The position numbers and the translations under genes were made by a program. From a virus, in the IMG/VR virus record IMGVR_UViG_3300044998_000080: DNA of 51,853 nt; one strand, written 5' to 3'. Of the stretch, positions 23,632 to 31,304 are shown in pieces. The notes beneath the pieces are model-generated. The model saw nothing but the letters and a program-made list of their open reading frames with translations, made no database searches and was not told the origin of the DNA. Every line of letters begins with the position of its first letter. Positions within the stretch are counted from its first letter, which is position 1.

Positions 23632-24123
23632 ATGTCTTCGCCAGATCAGCGCATCATTCGAGACCCGCGCACGGGCCAGATTCAGAAGGGCTCGAGGCTC
23701 AACCCGAGCGGGCGCAACGGGTCGCGCTCGCCCATGTGGAACATGCTCGATCAAATGCTCGGCGAGAACGCGATCGAGTGCTACGTGTTCGCGGCGAACG
23801 TCATGCGAGGTCAGGTCAGCGCACCCGCTCGAAAGCCCGCGCCCGGTGAGGATTCCTCGAGCGCGGCCTTGATCCCGCTGATCGGGCCCACCATTCGCGA
23901 GAGACTCGACGCGGCTCTTTGGTTGGCCGAGCAACGCAACGGGCGCGCGCCCTCGAGCACGAGCGTTGAACTCACCGCAAACGTGAACATGCCGCTCGCC
24001 CGCCTGGATCCCTCGAGGCTCACCGACGCCGAGCTTGAGCAATTCGAAACCCTCGCCTTGAAAGCGGTCACGCATGACGCCGAGGGTGAGATCGTCGACG
24101 CCGAGATCGTGAGCCCGAAATGA
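23632..24123 (+). CDS. DUF5681-like protein, small terminase candidate
   Basis: The N-terminal GQIQKGSRLNPSGRNGSRS resembles the G.SGNP.GRP motif of DUF5681/TerS-like proteins. First rightward gene. Confidence 0.45.
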   Translation: MSSPDQRIIRDPRTGQIQKGSRLNPSGRNGSRSPMWNMLDQMLGENAIECYVFAANVMRGQVSAPARKPAPGEDSSSAALIPLIGPTIRERLDAALWLAEQRNGRAPSSTSVELTANVNMPLARLDPSRLTDAELEQFETLALKAVTHDAEGEIVDAEIVSPK

Positions 24124-24166
24124 TCGCGCTCTCGGTCGCGTTCTTCATGGCGCTCGTGATCCTCGG

Positions 24167-24355
24167 TTACGACGACGACCCGCCCTCGCCCGCCTGAACC
24201 CAACGAGCGAGCGTCGACCCACACTCGCAATTTCGAAACTCGAGCTTTTGATCGTGAAGTTCGTCGGTCGGGTCGTCGACGCGATCACCGTGCCCGATTA
24301 GCTCGAGGTCGCCCCATTCGGCCGACCTCGAGCAACAAGAGCAATCGACCTTCAC
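24167..24355 (-). CDS. Hypothetical Cys-rich small protein
   Basis: 62 aa with CSCC...CECG. GTGA overlap with the upstream stop. Confidence 0.5.
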   Translation of the reverse strand: MKVDCSCCSRSAEWGDLELIGHGDRVDDPTDELHDQKLEFRNCECGSTLARWVQAGEGGSSS

Positions 24356-24792
24356 GCGTAGAACCGAGCCAGGATCCGCAAGAAAGCCGCGTGAACGGCC
24401 GTTTCATCGTGCCAGGATTCACGCACGGTAACCATGCGCCCGCCACCGAGCGCGGCCGAATCCCATTCGCGCACCTTGCGGCCGGTGAACACGACCTTCA
24501 CAAGATCGCTGTAGACGTGCCACCCGAGCCGAAAGGTCGTTTCGTAAGGGTGAACGTAACGCTCGCCCGATTCGGTCTCGTAGATCTCAAGATTGCTCTC
24601 ATGCTTAGGGTTCGCGTTCGGCCAAAGAGCCGAGAACTCGATCGCGATCGCCTTCCACAAACGGCGCATTCCCTCGAGGTCGCCTTTCTTCGAGAGCGCG
24701 GGAAGCAAGCGATAGAGAACCTCGGTCATGGGCGAAGCGGGGTTCACGTCGATCAAGCGGCGGGCGAAAACCTTGTCGGTCGTGTCGGTCAT
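24352..24792 (-). CDS. Hypothetical protein (cassette-proximal, leaderless ATG)
   Basis: 146 aa. ATG 24792 lies 6 nt downstream of the cassette -10. No SD. Confidence 0.6.
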   Translation of the reverse strand: MTDTTDKVFARRLIDVNPASPMTEVLYRLLPALSKKGDLEGMRRLWKAIAIEFSALWPNANPKHESNLEIYETESGERYVHPYETTFRLGWHVYSDLVKVVFTGRKVREWDSAALGGGRMVTVRESWHDETAVHAAFLRILARFYA

Positions 24793-24866
24793 GAGAGAAA
24801 GATAACAGAACGCTTCGAGTTGTCAACACGAAATCGAAGAGCCCGGTCGATTTCTCGATCGGGCCC
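24793..24866 (-). promoter_or_regulatory. Terminator-promoter cassette, class A copy 1
   Basis: Hairpin 24839-24866. -35 TTGACA 24826-24821. Extended -10 TGTTATCTT ending at 24799. TCTCTC, then ATG. Confidence 0.6.
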
Positions 24867-24879
24867 TGATTTCGCTCGC

Positions 24880-25176
24880 TTAGAGCTTCGTGTAAAGGCC
24901 GGTGAGATCCTCGAACACGCGGCGCAACGAATCCGCGTAGACCTGGCTCACGGGCTCACCGTAGGCGCACATATTGAGCCCGCGCCCGCGATAGGCTTGC
25001 ACGGTGTAAGTATCGTCGGCCTCGAGGGTGATCACGATGCACGACGCACGCGAGATCGTCGGGAGCTTCATTTGCAGCCCGCGCCCGGTATCGAGCAAGC
25101 CCTTCGCGCCCGTCATGGTGAGGAATCGGTTACCGCCGAGTTGCTCGAGAATCGTCGTCGCGATCGCGTTGGTCAT
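24880..25176 (-). CDS. Conserved phage protein of unknown function (cassette-proximal, leaderless ATG)
   Basis: 98 aa. MTNAIATTILEQLGGNRFLTMTGAKGL... resembles a widespread phage/plasmid family whose name I cannot recall. Confidence 0.6.
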   Translation of the reverse strand: MTNAIATTILEQLGGNRFLTMTGAKGLLDTGRGLQMKLPTISRASCIVITLEADDTYTVQAYRGRGLNMCAYGEPVSQVYADSLRRVFEDLTGLYTKL

Positions 25177-25252
25177 GAGGGAATAATAACGGGTCGGGTG
25201 AGAGTGTCAACAAGAAAAGAGCGGGCCCGGTCGATTTCTTCCGAGCCCGCTC
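25177..25252 (-). promoter_or_regulatory. Terminator-promoter cassette, class B variant
   Basis: Hairpin GAGCGGGC/GCCCGCTC 25219-25252. TTGACA 25210-25205, 16 nt, TATTAT 25188-25183, TCCCTC, then ATG 25176. Confidence 0.55.
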
Positions 25253-25258
25253 GAGCGG

Positions 25259-25489
25259 TCAGGTCTCTTCGTAGCGCACGACTCCAGGGGCCTCGAACAT
25301 GGGCCCGTTGAGCCCGGTCACGAAAGGCGCGCCGTCGATCTCGGGCTTGATCGGGAGCCGAACCGCGCGCTTCACCTTGCCCGTGAAGAACCAACCACGA
25401 ACCGCGCACGCGGGCTCGAGGTTCTCGAACTTCACGCGGATCGTGCCCGCGCTCTTCGTGACGATCACCGCTTCGGTTGCCGTGCTCAT
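25259..25489 (-). CDS. Hypothetical protein
   Basis: 76 aa. SD GAAAGGAAC upstream of ATG 25489. Confidence 0.55.
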   Translation of the reverse strand: MSTATEAVIVTKSAGTIRVKFENLEPACAVRGWFFTGKVKRAVRLPIKPEIDGAPFVTGLNGPMFEAPGVVRYEET

Positions 25490-25508
25490 TTTGTTCGTTC
25501 CTTTCAGG

Positions 25509-25688
25509 TCACTTGTTGCGAAGGGTCTCGTAGATCTCGCCCGCCAACTTCTCGAACGCGCCCGCGCCGAGCACTCGATCGAACGATTCTCGAGTCGAGA
25601 GCCCGGCCGCCTTGTGCGCCAGGATCGCGGCGGAAATGAGAGCGTTCTTTTCAGCGGTCTTCGTGTCGGTCGCGGCGTTTGCGTTCAT
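25509..25688 (-). CDS. Hypothetical 59-aa protein (not in the ORF track; cassette-proximal, leaderless ATG)
   Basis: MNANAATDTKTAEKNALISAAILAHKAAGLSTRESFDRVLGAGAFEKLAGEIYETLRNK. ATG lies 6 nt after the -10. Confidence 0.5.
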   Translation of the reverse strand: MNANAATDTKTAEKNALISAAILAHKAAGLSTRESFDRVLGAGAFEKLAGEIYETLRNK

Positions 25689-25722
25689 GAGAGAAAGATA
25701 ACAGAACGATTCAAGGTGTCAA
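25689..25722 (-). promoter_or_regulatory. Class A promoter copy (no upstream hairpin)
   Basis: TTGACA 25722-25717, 16 nt, TATCTT 25700-25695, TCTCTC, then ATG 25688. Confidence 0.55.
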
Positions 25723-25776
25723 CACCTAATCGAACGAAAATCGACCGACGCGGCGCGTTGCGGTAGGGTCGCGCGT

Positions 25777-27276
25777 ATGCCCCCGGTTTCCCTGGATCAA
25801 GTTGATCTCTTGCGGCTCTCGAGCGAGCGCATGAGGCGATCGTTTGCGCTTTTCGTTCGGCGCGCCTGGCAATACGTCGATCCCGCGCCGATCGTGTGGA
25901 ATTGGCACCTAGACGCGTTGTGTACGTGCCTTCAAGCGGTGAGCGACGGGCGCATTCGAGAGTTGCTGATCAACATTCCGCCCGGTCACGCGAAGAGCTT
26001 GATCGTGTCGGTGCTTTGGCCCGCGTGGGTTTGGACCCGCGACCCTCGTTGGTCTTCGATCTTCGGCTCGTATGAACTCGGGCTCGTGACGCGTGACGCG
26101 GTGAGAACGCGCACGCTCGTTGAAAGTGAATGGTACATTCGACACTTTCGCTCGAGCGAAGAGGGCGCGGTTACCTGGGAGTTCGCCGACGATCAGAACT
26201 TGAAAAAGTTCTACAAGAACACGCTCGGCGGCGCGCGCACCGGAACAAGCGTCGGCTCGGGTACGGGCTACCGCGCGAACGCTCTCGTCGTAGACGACCC
26301 GATCTCGGCCGACGACTCATACTCGGAAGTTGAACGCGTGAAGGCGAACCGTTGGTTTTTCGAAACCATGTCTTCGCGCTTCAACGATCAGGCGACCGCG
26401 ATCCGCGTCGTGATCATGCAACGGTTGCATGAAGAGGATCTCTCGGGCGAGATCCTTCGGCGCGGCGGCTTTCAACACTTGAACCTTCCGAGCGAGTTCA
26501 ACCCGCTCGAGCGCTCGATCGTGCGCGCGCATGACGGCTCGGTGATCTGGCAAGACCCGCGCACGCAAGCGGGCGAACTTCTCTTTCCCGCGAAGTTCTC
26601 TCGAGCGGTTCTCGCGCAAGCGCGAAAAGACCTCGGCCCTTACGGGTACGCGGCACAACACGATCAGAAACCGACGCCCGCCGAGGGCGGCTTGCTGAAA
26701 CGCGCTTGGTTCACCCGTCGCTATTTGCGGCCCGGTGAGGTCGCGCGCGAAGGGTTCGAATGCGTCACGCTCCCGACACGCTTCGACATGATCGCGATCG
26801 TGACCGACGCCGCGTTCAAGAAAACGGAAACGAGCGATCGTGTCGCGATCGGTGTCGTCGGTCGCAAGGGGCCGAAGCTCTATTTGCTCGCGATGCGTTG
26901 GGATCGCATGAGCTTCACCGAGACCCTTCAAGCGATCCGCGATTTGCGCGCGGTCTGGAAACCGATCGAGATCGCGATCGAAGACAAGGCGAACGGCTCG
27001 GCGATTATCGAACTCTTGAAGCAAGAGCTACCGGGCGTGATTCCGATCGAGCCCGACGGCGGGAAAGAAGCGCGCATCATGGCGGCGACCTCGAGCCTCG
27101 AGGCGGGCGATCTCTATCTCCCGCTTTCTGAACCGTGGGTCGACCCGTTGATCGAAGAGGCGGCCGCATTCCCTCGAGGTCGACACGACGACGGGATCGA
27201 TATGCTCGCCTACGCGATCAACCGCTACCTCACGCGCTCGAACCTGGCGCGCCTCGAAGCGCTTGCGTCAGGCTAA
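25777..27276 (+). CDS. terL: Terminase large subunit
   Basis: 499 aa. FVRRAWQYVDP...WNWHLDALC...LLINIPPGHAKS (Walker A-like), VVDDPIS, and a C-terminal nuclease region. Confidence 0.85.
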   Translation: MPPVSLDQVDLLRLSSERMRRSFALFVRRAWQYVDPAPIVWNWHLDALCTCLQAVSDGRIRELLINIPPGHAKSLIVSVLWPAWVWTRDPRWSSIFGSYELGLVTRDAVRTRTLVESEWYIRHFRSSEEGAVTWEFADDQNLKKFYKNTLGGARTGTSVGSGTGYRANALVVDDPISADDSYSEVERVKANRWFFETMSSRFNDQATAIRVVIMQRLHEEDLSGEILRRGGFQHLNLPSEFNPLERSIVRAHDGSVIWQDPRTQAGELLFPAKFSRAVLAQARKDLGPYGYAAQHDQKPTPAEGGLLKRAWFTRRYLRPGEVAREGFECVTLPTRFDMIAIVTDAAFKKTETSDRVAIGVVGRKGPKLYLLAMRWDRMSFTETLQAIRDLRAVWKPIEIAIEDKANGSAIIELLKQELPGVIPIEPDGGKEARIMAATSSLEAGDLYLPLSEPWVDPLIEEAAAFPRGRHDDGIDMLAYAINRYLTRSNLARLEALASG

Positions 27277-27477
27277 ACCCTCGAGAGCACCGACGCGACG
27301 CCGCACGCGCTCGGCGCGAGAGCTTGCGCCAGGGTGCCGCTACGAGATACCCTCGAGCGCGGACCCACTAGCAGGGCGGCCGGGGCGTAACCCGCGACAC
27401 GCGTGCGGGGCTAGAAATCGCGAGGGCATGGCATGGTTGGGCGCAAGCCTCGAGTGCCGCGTGTTCTACCGAGCGCG

Positions 27478-27503
27478 CCCGCTTCGGTGGGTTTCCTCTT
27501 TTT
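27478..27503 (+). terminator. Weak intrinsic-terminator-like hairpin in the TerL-portal spacer
   Basis: CCCGC-TTCG-GTGGG followed by TTTCCTCTTTTT. Confidence 0.35.
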
Positions 27504-27534
27504 CGCTCGCGTGCGTGCGTGGTAGCTTCGGCTC

Positions 27535-29337
27535 ATGGCTCGCAAGTCAAGCAAAAACGATCGTGCTCGAGGCGATTCGCTCGCACGTCAAGACGGGTGG
27601 AACAACGTTCTCACGGCGTTGGGCTCGAAGACTCGTGACAAGCGCGAGTCACACATTCCCGTTCCCGAGCCGCTCTCGTATGCCGACGCGCTCTCGATCT
27701 ATCGAGCGAGCGACACGGCCGCCCGAATCGTCGACGTGCCCGCCGAGGAAATGTTGCGGCAAGGGTTCGAGATCAAGATTCCCGAGGGCCACGAAGAGAG
27801 CGAAGCGATCGTTTCTGCTCTCGACGATCTCGAGGTCGATTCGAAGTTGCTCGATCTCGCGAAGAAGACCCGCGCGTTCGGCGGCGCGGTTGCGCTCATG
27901 GGCGCACAAGACGGCGCAACGGATCTCTCGAAGCCGCTCAACGAGAACGCCATTCGCTCGATCGATTTTCTCACGGTCTTCGATCCTTCCGAGGTCTCGG
28001 TTCTCGAGTTCGTCGGCGCGCCTGGCGATCGGAATTATGGCGAGCCCGCCATGTATTCGATCCACCCGAAGGTGTTGAGCGTCGCGCCGAAAGCGCTCGG
28101 GCTCGAGCGCGTTCACGCTTCGCGTGTTCTTCACTTCCGAGGCCCGTCGATCTCGCGCTTGCAAGAGCAGGCGAACCGAGGGTTCGGTGACTCGGTGTTC
28201 GATCTCGTGTGGAAGGTCGTTCGCAACTTCGACACGGCGCACGAGAACGCGCACGCGCTCGTTGAAGACTTCGCGCAAGCGGTCTTCAAGATCAAAGGTC
28301 TCGCCGAAGCGATCGCGGGTGATCGCGCCGACGTGGTGAAGAAGCGCCTCGAGATCATGGATCTCTCGCGCTCGGTCTTGCGCGGGATCGCTCTCGACGG
28401 TGAGAGCGAAGATTTCGAGCGCAAGCCGACGCCGATCAGCGGTCTTGCCGATCTTCTCGATCGCTTCGCGCAACGTCTCGCGGCCGCAACGCGAATCCCG
28501 GTGACCGTGCTCATGGGCCAAAGCCCGGCCGGGTTGAACGCCACGGGCGCGAGCGACATTCGCATTTTCTACGACTTCATTGCGAGCCAGCAAAACGCGA
28601 TCTTGAAAAAGCCGCTCGAGCGTTTCGTTCGCTTGCTCATGCTCTCGAAGAAGGGCCCGACGAAGGGAATCGAGGCCGATAATTGGTGCGTCGAATTCCG
28701 GCCGTTGTGGCAACCGAGCGAGCAAGAGCAAGCCCAAACGCGTCAGACGATCGCGCAAGCCGATCAGGTCTACCTGACGAACGGTGTCGTCTCGGCCGAC
28801 GAGGTGCGAAAGGCGCGGTTCGGCGGCGACAAGTTCTCGGTCGACACCTCGATCGACGACGACAACGAGACCGAGAACGAAGCGAGCGACCTCGCCGACG
28901 AAGAGGGTGTGACTCGCGAGGTCGACGCCGAGGGCAACCCGATCCAAGTCAAGCCCGGTGAGACCGCGCCCGAGGGCTCGAGCGGCGCACCCGGCGCGCC
29001 TGCGATGGGCGGCGCACCCGGCGCACCCTCGAGCGGCGGCGCGCCCAAGGTGCAAGATCAGGCGATGAATGGTGCGCAAGTCACCTCGTTGATCGAGGTC
29101 GTGCGCGCGTACCACGCCGAAGAGATCCCGCGTGAGAGCGCGCTTGCGATCGTTCGGATCGCGTTCCGCCTGACCGATCAAGAGGCGAGCGACCTGATCG
29201 GGCCCGAGAACTTTCAGCCGAAGGAACCGCCCGCGCCCGTGATCGCGCCTGGGATCGGCGGCAAGCCCGGCGCGCCCGAGCAACCGAAGCAACCCTCAAC
29301 CCCGCGACCCGCGCCACCGAGCGCGAAGGAAACCTGA
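27535..29337 (+). CDS. Portal protein (DUF1073 family)
   Basis: 600 aa. N-terminal LARQDGWNNVLTALGSKTRD. C-terminal GAQVTSLIEVVRAYHAEEI after a P/G/A-rich stretch. Confidence 0.8.
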   Translation: MARKSSKNDRARGDSLARQDGWNNVLTALGSKTRDKRESHIPVPEPLSYADALSIYRASDTAARIVDVPAEEMLRQGFEIKIPEGHEESEAIVSALDDLEVDSKLLDLAKKTRAFGGAVALMGAQDGATDLSKPLNENAIRSIDFLTVFDPSEVSVLEFVGAPGDRNYGEPAMYSIHPKVLSVAPKALGLERVHASRVLHFRGPSISRLQEQANRGFGDSVFDLVWKVVRNFDTAHENAHALVEDFAQAVFKIKGLAEAIAGDRADVVKKRLEIMDLSRSVLRGIALDGESEDFERKPTPISGLADLLDRFAQRLAAATRIPVTVLMGQSPAGLNATGASDIRIFYDFIASQQNAILKKPLERFVRLLMLSKKGPTKGIEADNWCVEFRPLWQPSEQEQAQTRQTIAQADQVYLTNGVVSADEVRKARFGGDKFSVDTSIDDDNETENEASDLADEEGVTREVDAEGNPIQVKPGETAPEGSSGAPGAPAMGGAPGAPSSGGAPKVQDQAMNGAQVTSLIEVVRAYHAEEIPRESALAIVRIAFRLTDQEASDLIGPENFQPKEPPAPVIAPGIGGKPGAPEQPKQPSTPRPAPPSAKET

Positions 29338-29340
29338 TCC

Positions 29341-29631
29341 ATGAACCCCAAAATCGACGCGTTGATCGACGCTCTCGCCGCTTTCGCGGCCGCGCAAAAC
29401 CCCGCGATCACCGAGACCGAAGCGCTCACGATCGCGGCCGTTCGTCTCGTGAAACGCTACTCGGCCGCCCGAAGCGTGAACGAATGCCGCACGCTCGAGC
29501 CCGTGATCGCGCGGTTGACCTCGCGTTACGCGAAGCTCTCGAACGTCGAAGCGAACGCGCGCGAAACGATCCTCACCAACAACCAAGCCGCGATCGACGC
29601 GGCGATCTCTTCGGCGAACGTCGCCGAGTAA
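29341..29631 (+). CDS. Hypothetical protein
   Basis: 96-aa ORF starting 4 nt after the portal stop. Confidence 0.55.
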   Translation: MNPKIDALIDALAAFAAAQNPAITETEALTIAAVRLVKRYSAARSVNECRTLEPVIARLTSRYAKLSNVEANARETILTNNQAAIDAAISSANVAE

Positions 29632-29643
29632 GGGACGCAAGTC

Positions 29644-30054
29644 ATGGCAAACGTGGTTTACACCGAGTTTCTCAACTCGCTTCTCGATCTGAACCCCTCG
29701 ATCGACTTCGACACCGACACGATCAAGGTCGCAATGGTGACCTCGGCTTACACGCCGAGCGCGGCTCACCAATTCTTCTCGAGCGTGACCGGCGTTGTCG
29801 GCACACCTCAAACGCTCACGACGCCGACGGTCACGGCGGGCGTGTTCGATGCGGCCGACGTGACGTTCACGGCCGTTGCGGCGGGTTCGACCGTCGTTGG
29901 TCTCGTGCTCTACAAAGACACGGGCGTTGCCGCGACTTCGCCCCTGATCGCTTTCATCGATTCCGTTGCGTCGGGGCTCCCGGTCGCGACGAACGGCGGT
30001 AACATCGTGATCGCGTGGGATAACGGCGCGAACAAGATCTTGAAGGTCGGGTGA
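29644..30054 (+). CDS. Conserved phage protein of unknown function
   Basis: 136 aa. ...DTIKVAMVTSAYTPSAAHQFF...GLVLYKDTGVAATSPLIAFID resembles a recurrent phage family. SD is AAGGGA. Confidence 0.6.
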   Translation: MANVVYTEFLNSLLDLNPSIDFDTDTIKVAMVTSAYTPSAAHQFFSSVTGVVGTPQTLTTPTVTAGVFDAADVTFTAVAAGSTVVGLVLYKDTGVAATSPLIAFIDSVASGLPVATNGGNIVIAWDNGANKILKVG

Positions 30055-30058
30055 TCAC

Positions 30059-30307
30059 ATGGCCGCTCCCTACTGGCTTTTCGTCGAATCCATGAACGCC
30101 GAGGTCGGCCCCATCGCGCCCGAGTTCGGCTCGGTCGAAGCGGCGGCCCTCGTTGCGGCCGCCCGTTCCGACAACATTCGCGCGGTCTCGGGCGCGAGCG
30201 ATTTCGTTTCTCGCTGGCGTTTGCGCCCGGTCGTCGGTCTTCTCGACGAGACCGAAGCGGCCGCCTGGGAAGCTCTCGCCTCGATCAACGCGTTCGCCAC
30301 GTTCTAA
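30059..30307 (+). CDS. Hypothetical protein
   Basis: 82-aa ORF in the operon. Confidence 0.5.
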   Translation: MAAPYWLFVESMNAEVGPIAPEFGSVEAAALVAAARSDNIRAVSGASDFVSRWRLRPVVGLLDETEAAAWEALASINAFATF

Positions 30308-30319
30308 GGAACCGACGCC

Positions 30320-30511
30320 ATGCCGAAAACGAAACACTTGCCGATCCTCGATTCGGTGACCTCGAACACGATCGAAGTTGCGATCGTTCGAGGTCGCGTG
30401 CGAATTCAGTTCTCGATCACGCACGGCGTCGAACTCACACCCGTTGCGGCTCGAGCGCTGGCGAAGCGCTTGCGCGAACTCGCCGACACTCTCACAACCC
30501 CGGTGATCTGA
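30320..30511 (+). CDS. Hypothetical protein
   Basis: 63-aa ORF in the operon. Confidence 0.45.
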   Translation: MPKTKHLPILDSVTSNTIEVAIVRGRVRIQFSITHGVELTPVAARALAKRLRELADTLTTPVI

Positions 30512-30512
30512 C

Positions 30513-31301
30513 ATGGCGATCTCGACTCTCGACGGATTGATCGCGGCCTCGAAGCAAGTTCGACCGTTCTACAAGGTGAGCGCAACGAGCAAGGCGGCCG
30601 GTTCGTTTCACTCGCTTTGGACCCTGGCCGGTTTGCCCGGCGCGGGTTCGGCTCCCGGTACGGCGGCGGGCGCGGCGTGCAATAACACGACCGTCGGCGC
30701 GTTGCCGTGGACCTCACCGGACGGCGCAAACCTGGCTTACCTGGCGGCGCTCGAGCTTGCGGGCGCGACGATCGGCAACTTCATTCTCTACGATCGTCTT
30801 GTCCACACGTCGACGCTCTCGGGCACGGTCACGACTGCGCAAACCGTGAACTCGGCCGCTCTCACCCGCTACACGACGGGCGAAGACGTTGAGGCGTGGC
30901 TCGAGTTCTACGCGGCGACGGGCTCAACGGCAACGACCGCAACCGTGAGCTACACGAACGAAGCGGGAACGGCGGGGCGCACGGGTTCGGCGGCGATCGT
31001 CGCAACCACGGTGATCGGTCAAATGATCCCGATCACGTTGCAAGCTGGCGACAAGGGTGTTCGCTCGGTGCAATCGGTCACGCTCGCGGCGTCGACCCTC
31101 ACGGCCGGAAACTTCGGCGTGACGCTCATGAAGCGGCTTCAAAACGCGCCCATGATGATCGCGAACGTCGGCCAAACCTTCGACTTCGGCGCAACCGGGT
31201 TGCCGCAAGTCGTCGCGGGTGCGTGCCTCGCATTCGCGGTGTTGTGCTCGGCGACGAACACGGGCATCGTGACGGGAGCGGTCAAGACCGCCGAGGGCTG
31301 A
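30513..31301 (+). CDS. Hypothetical structural-type protein
   Basis: 262 aa, rich in Ala/Thr/Gly. ATG lies 1 nt after the upstream stop. Confidence 0.55.
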   Translation: MAISTLDGLIAASKQVRPFYKVSATSKAAGSFHSLWTLAGLPGAGSAPGTAAGAACNNTTVGALPWTSPDGANLAYLAALELAGATIGNFILYDRLVHTSTLSGTVTTAQTVNSAALTRYTTGEDVEAWLEFYAATGSTATTATVSYTNEAGTAGRTGSAAIVATTVIGQMIPITLQAGDKGVRSVQSVTLAASTLTAGNFGVTLMKRLQNAPMMIANVGQTFDFGATGLPQVVAGACLAFAVLCSATNTGIVTGAVKTAEG

Positions 31302-31304
31302 TCC

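Noticed and set aside
24120-24197. 25-aa hydrophobic micro-ORF (MIALSVAFFMALVILGYDDDPPSPA) in an ATGA overlap with the TerS-like stop
   Set aside because: Too short to support. It overlaps the 3' end of the convergent gene 24167..24355, and there is no independent evidence.
27263-28078. 271-aa plus-strand ORF spanning the TerL-portal spacer
   Set aside because: Out of frame with portal, Arg/Ser-rich, and it overlaps the portal N-terminus. The spacer is treated as non-coding.
27649-29292. 547-aa minus-strand ORF antisense to portal
   Set aside because: Arg/Asp/Leu-rich junk composition opposite a well-supported portal gene.
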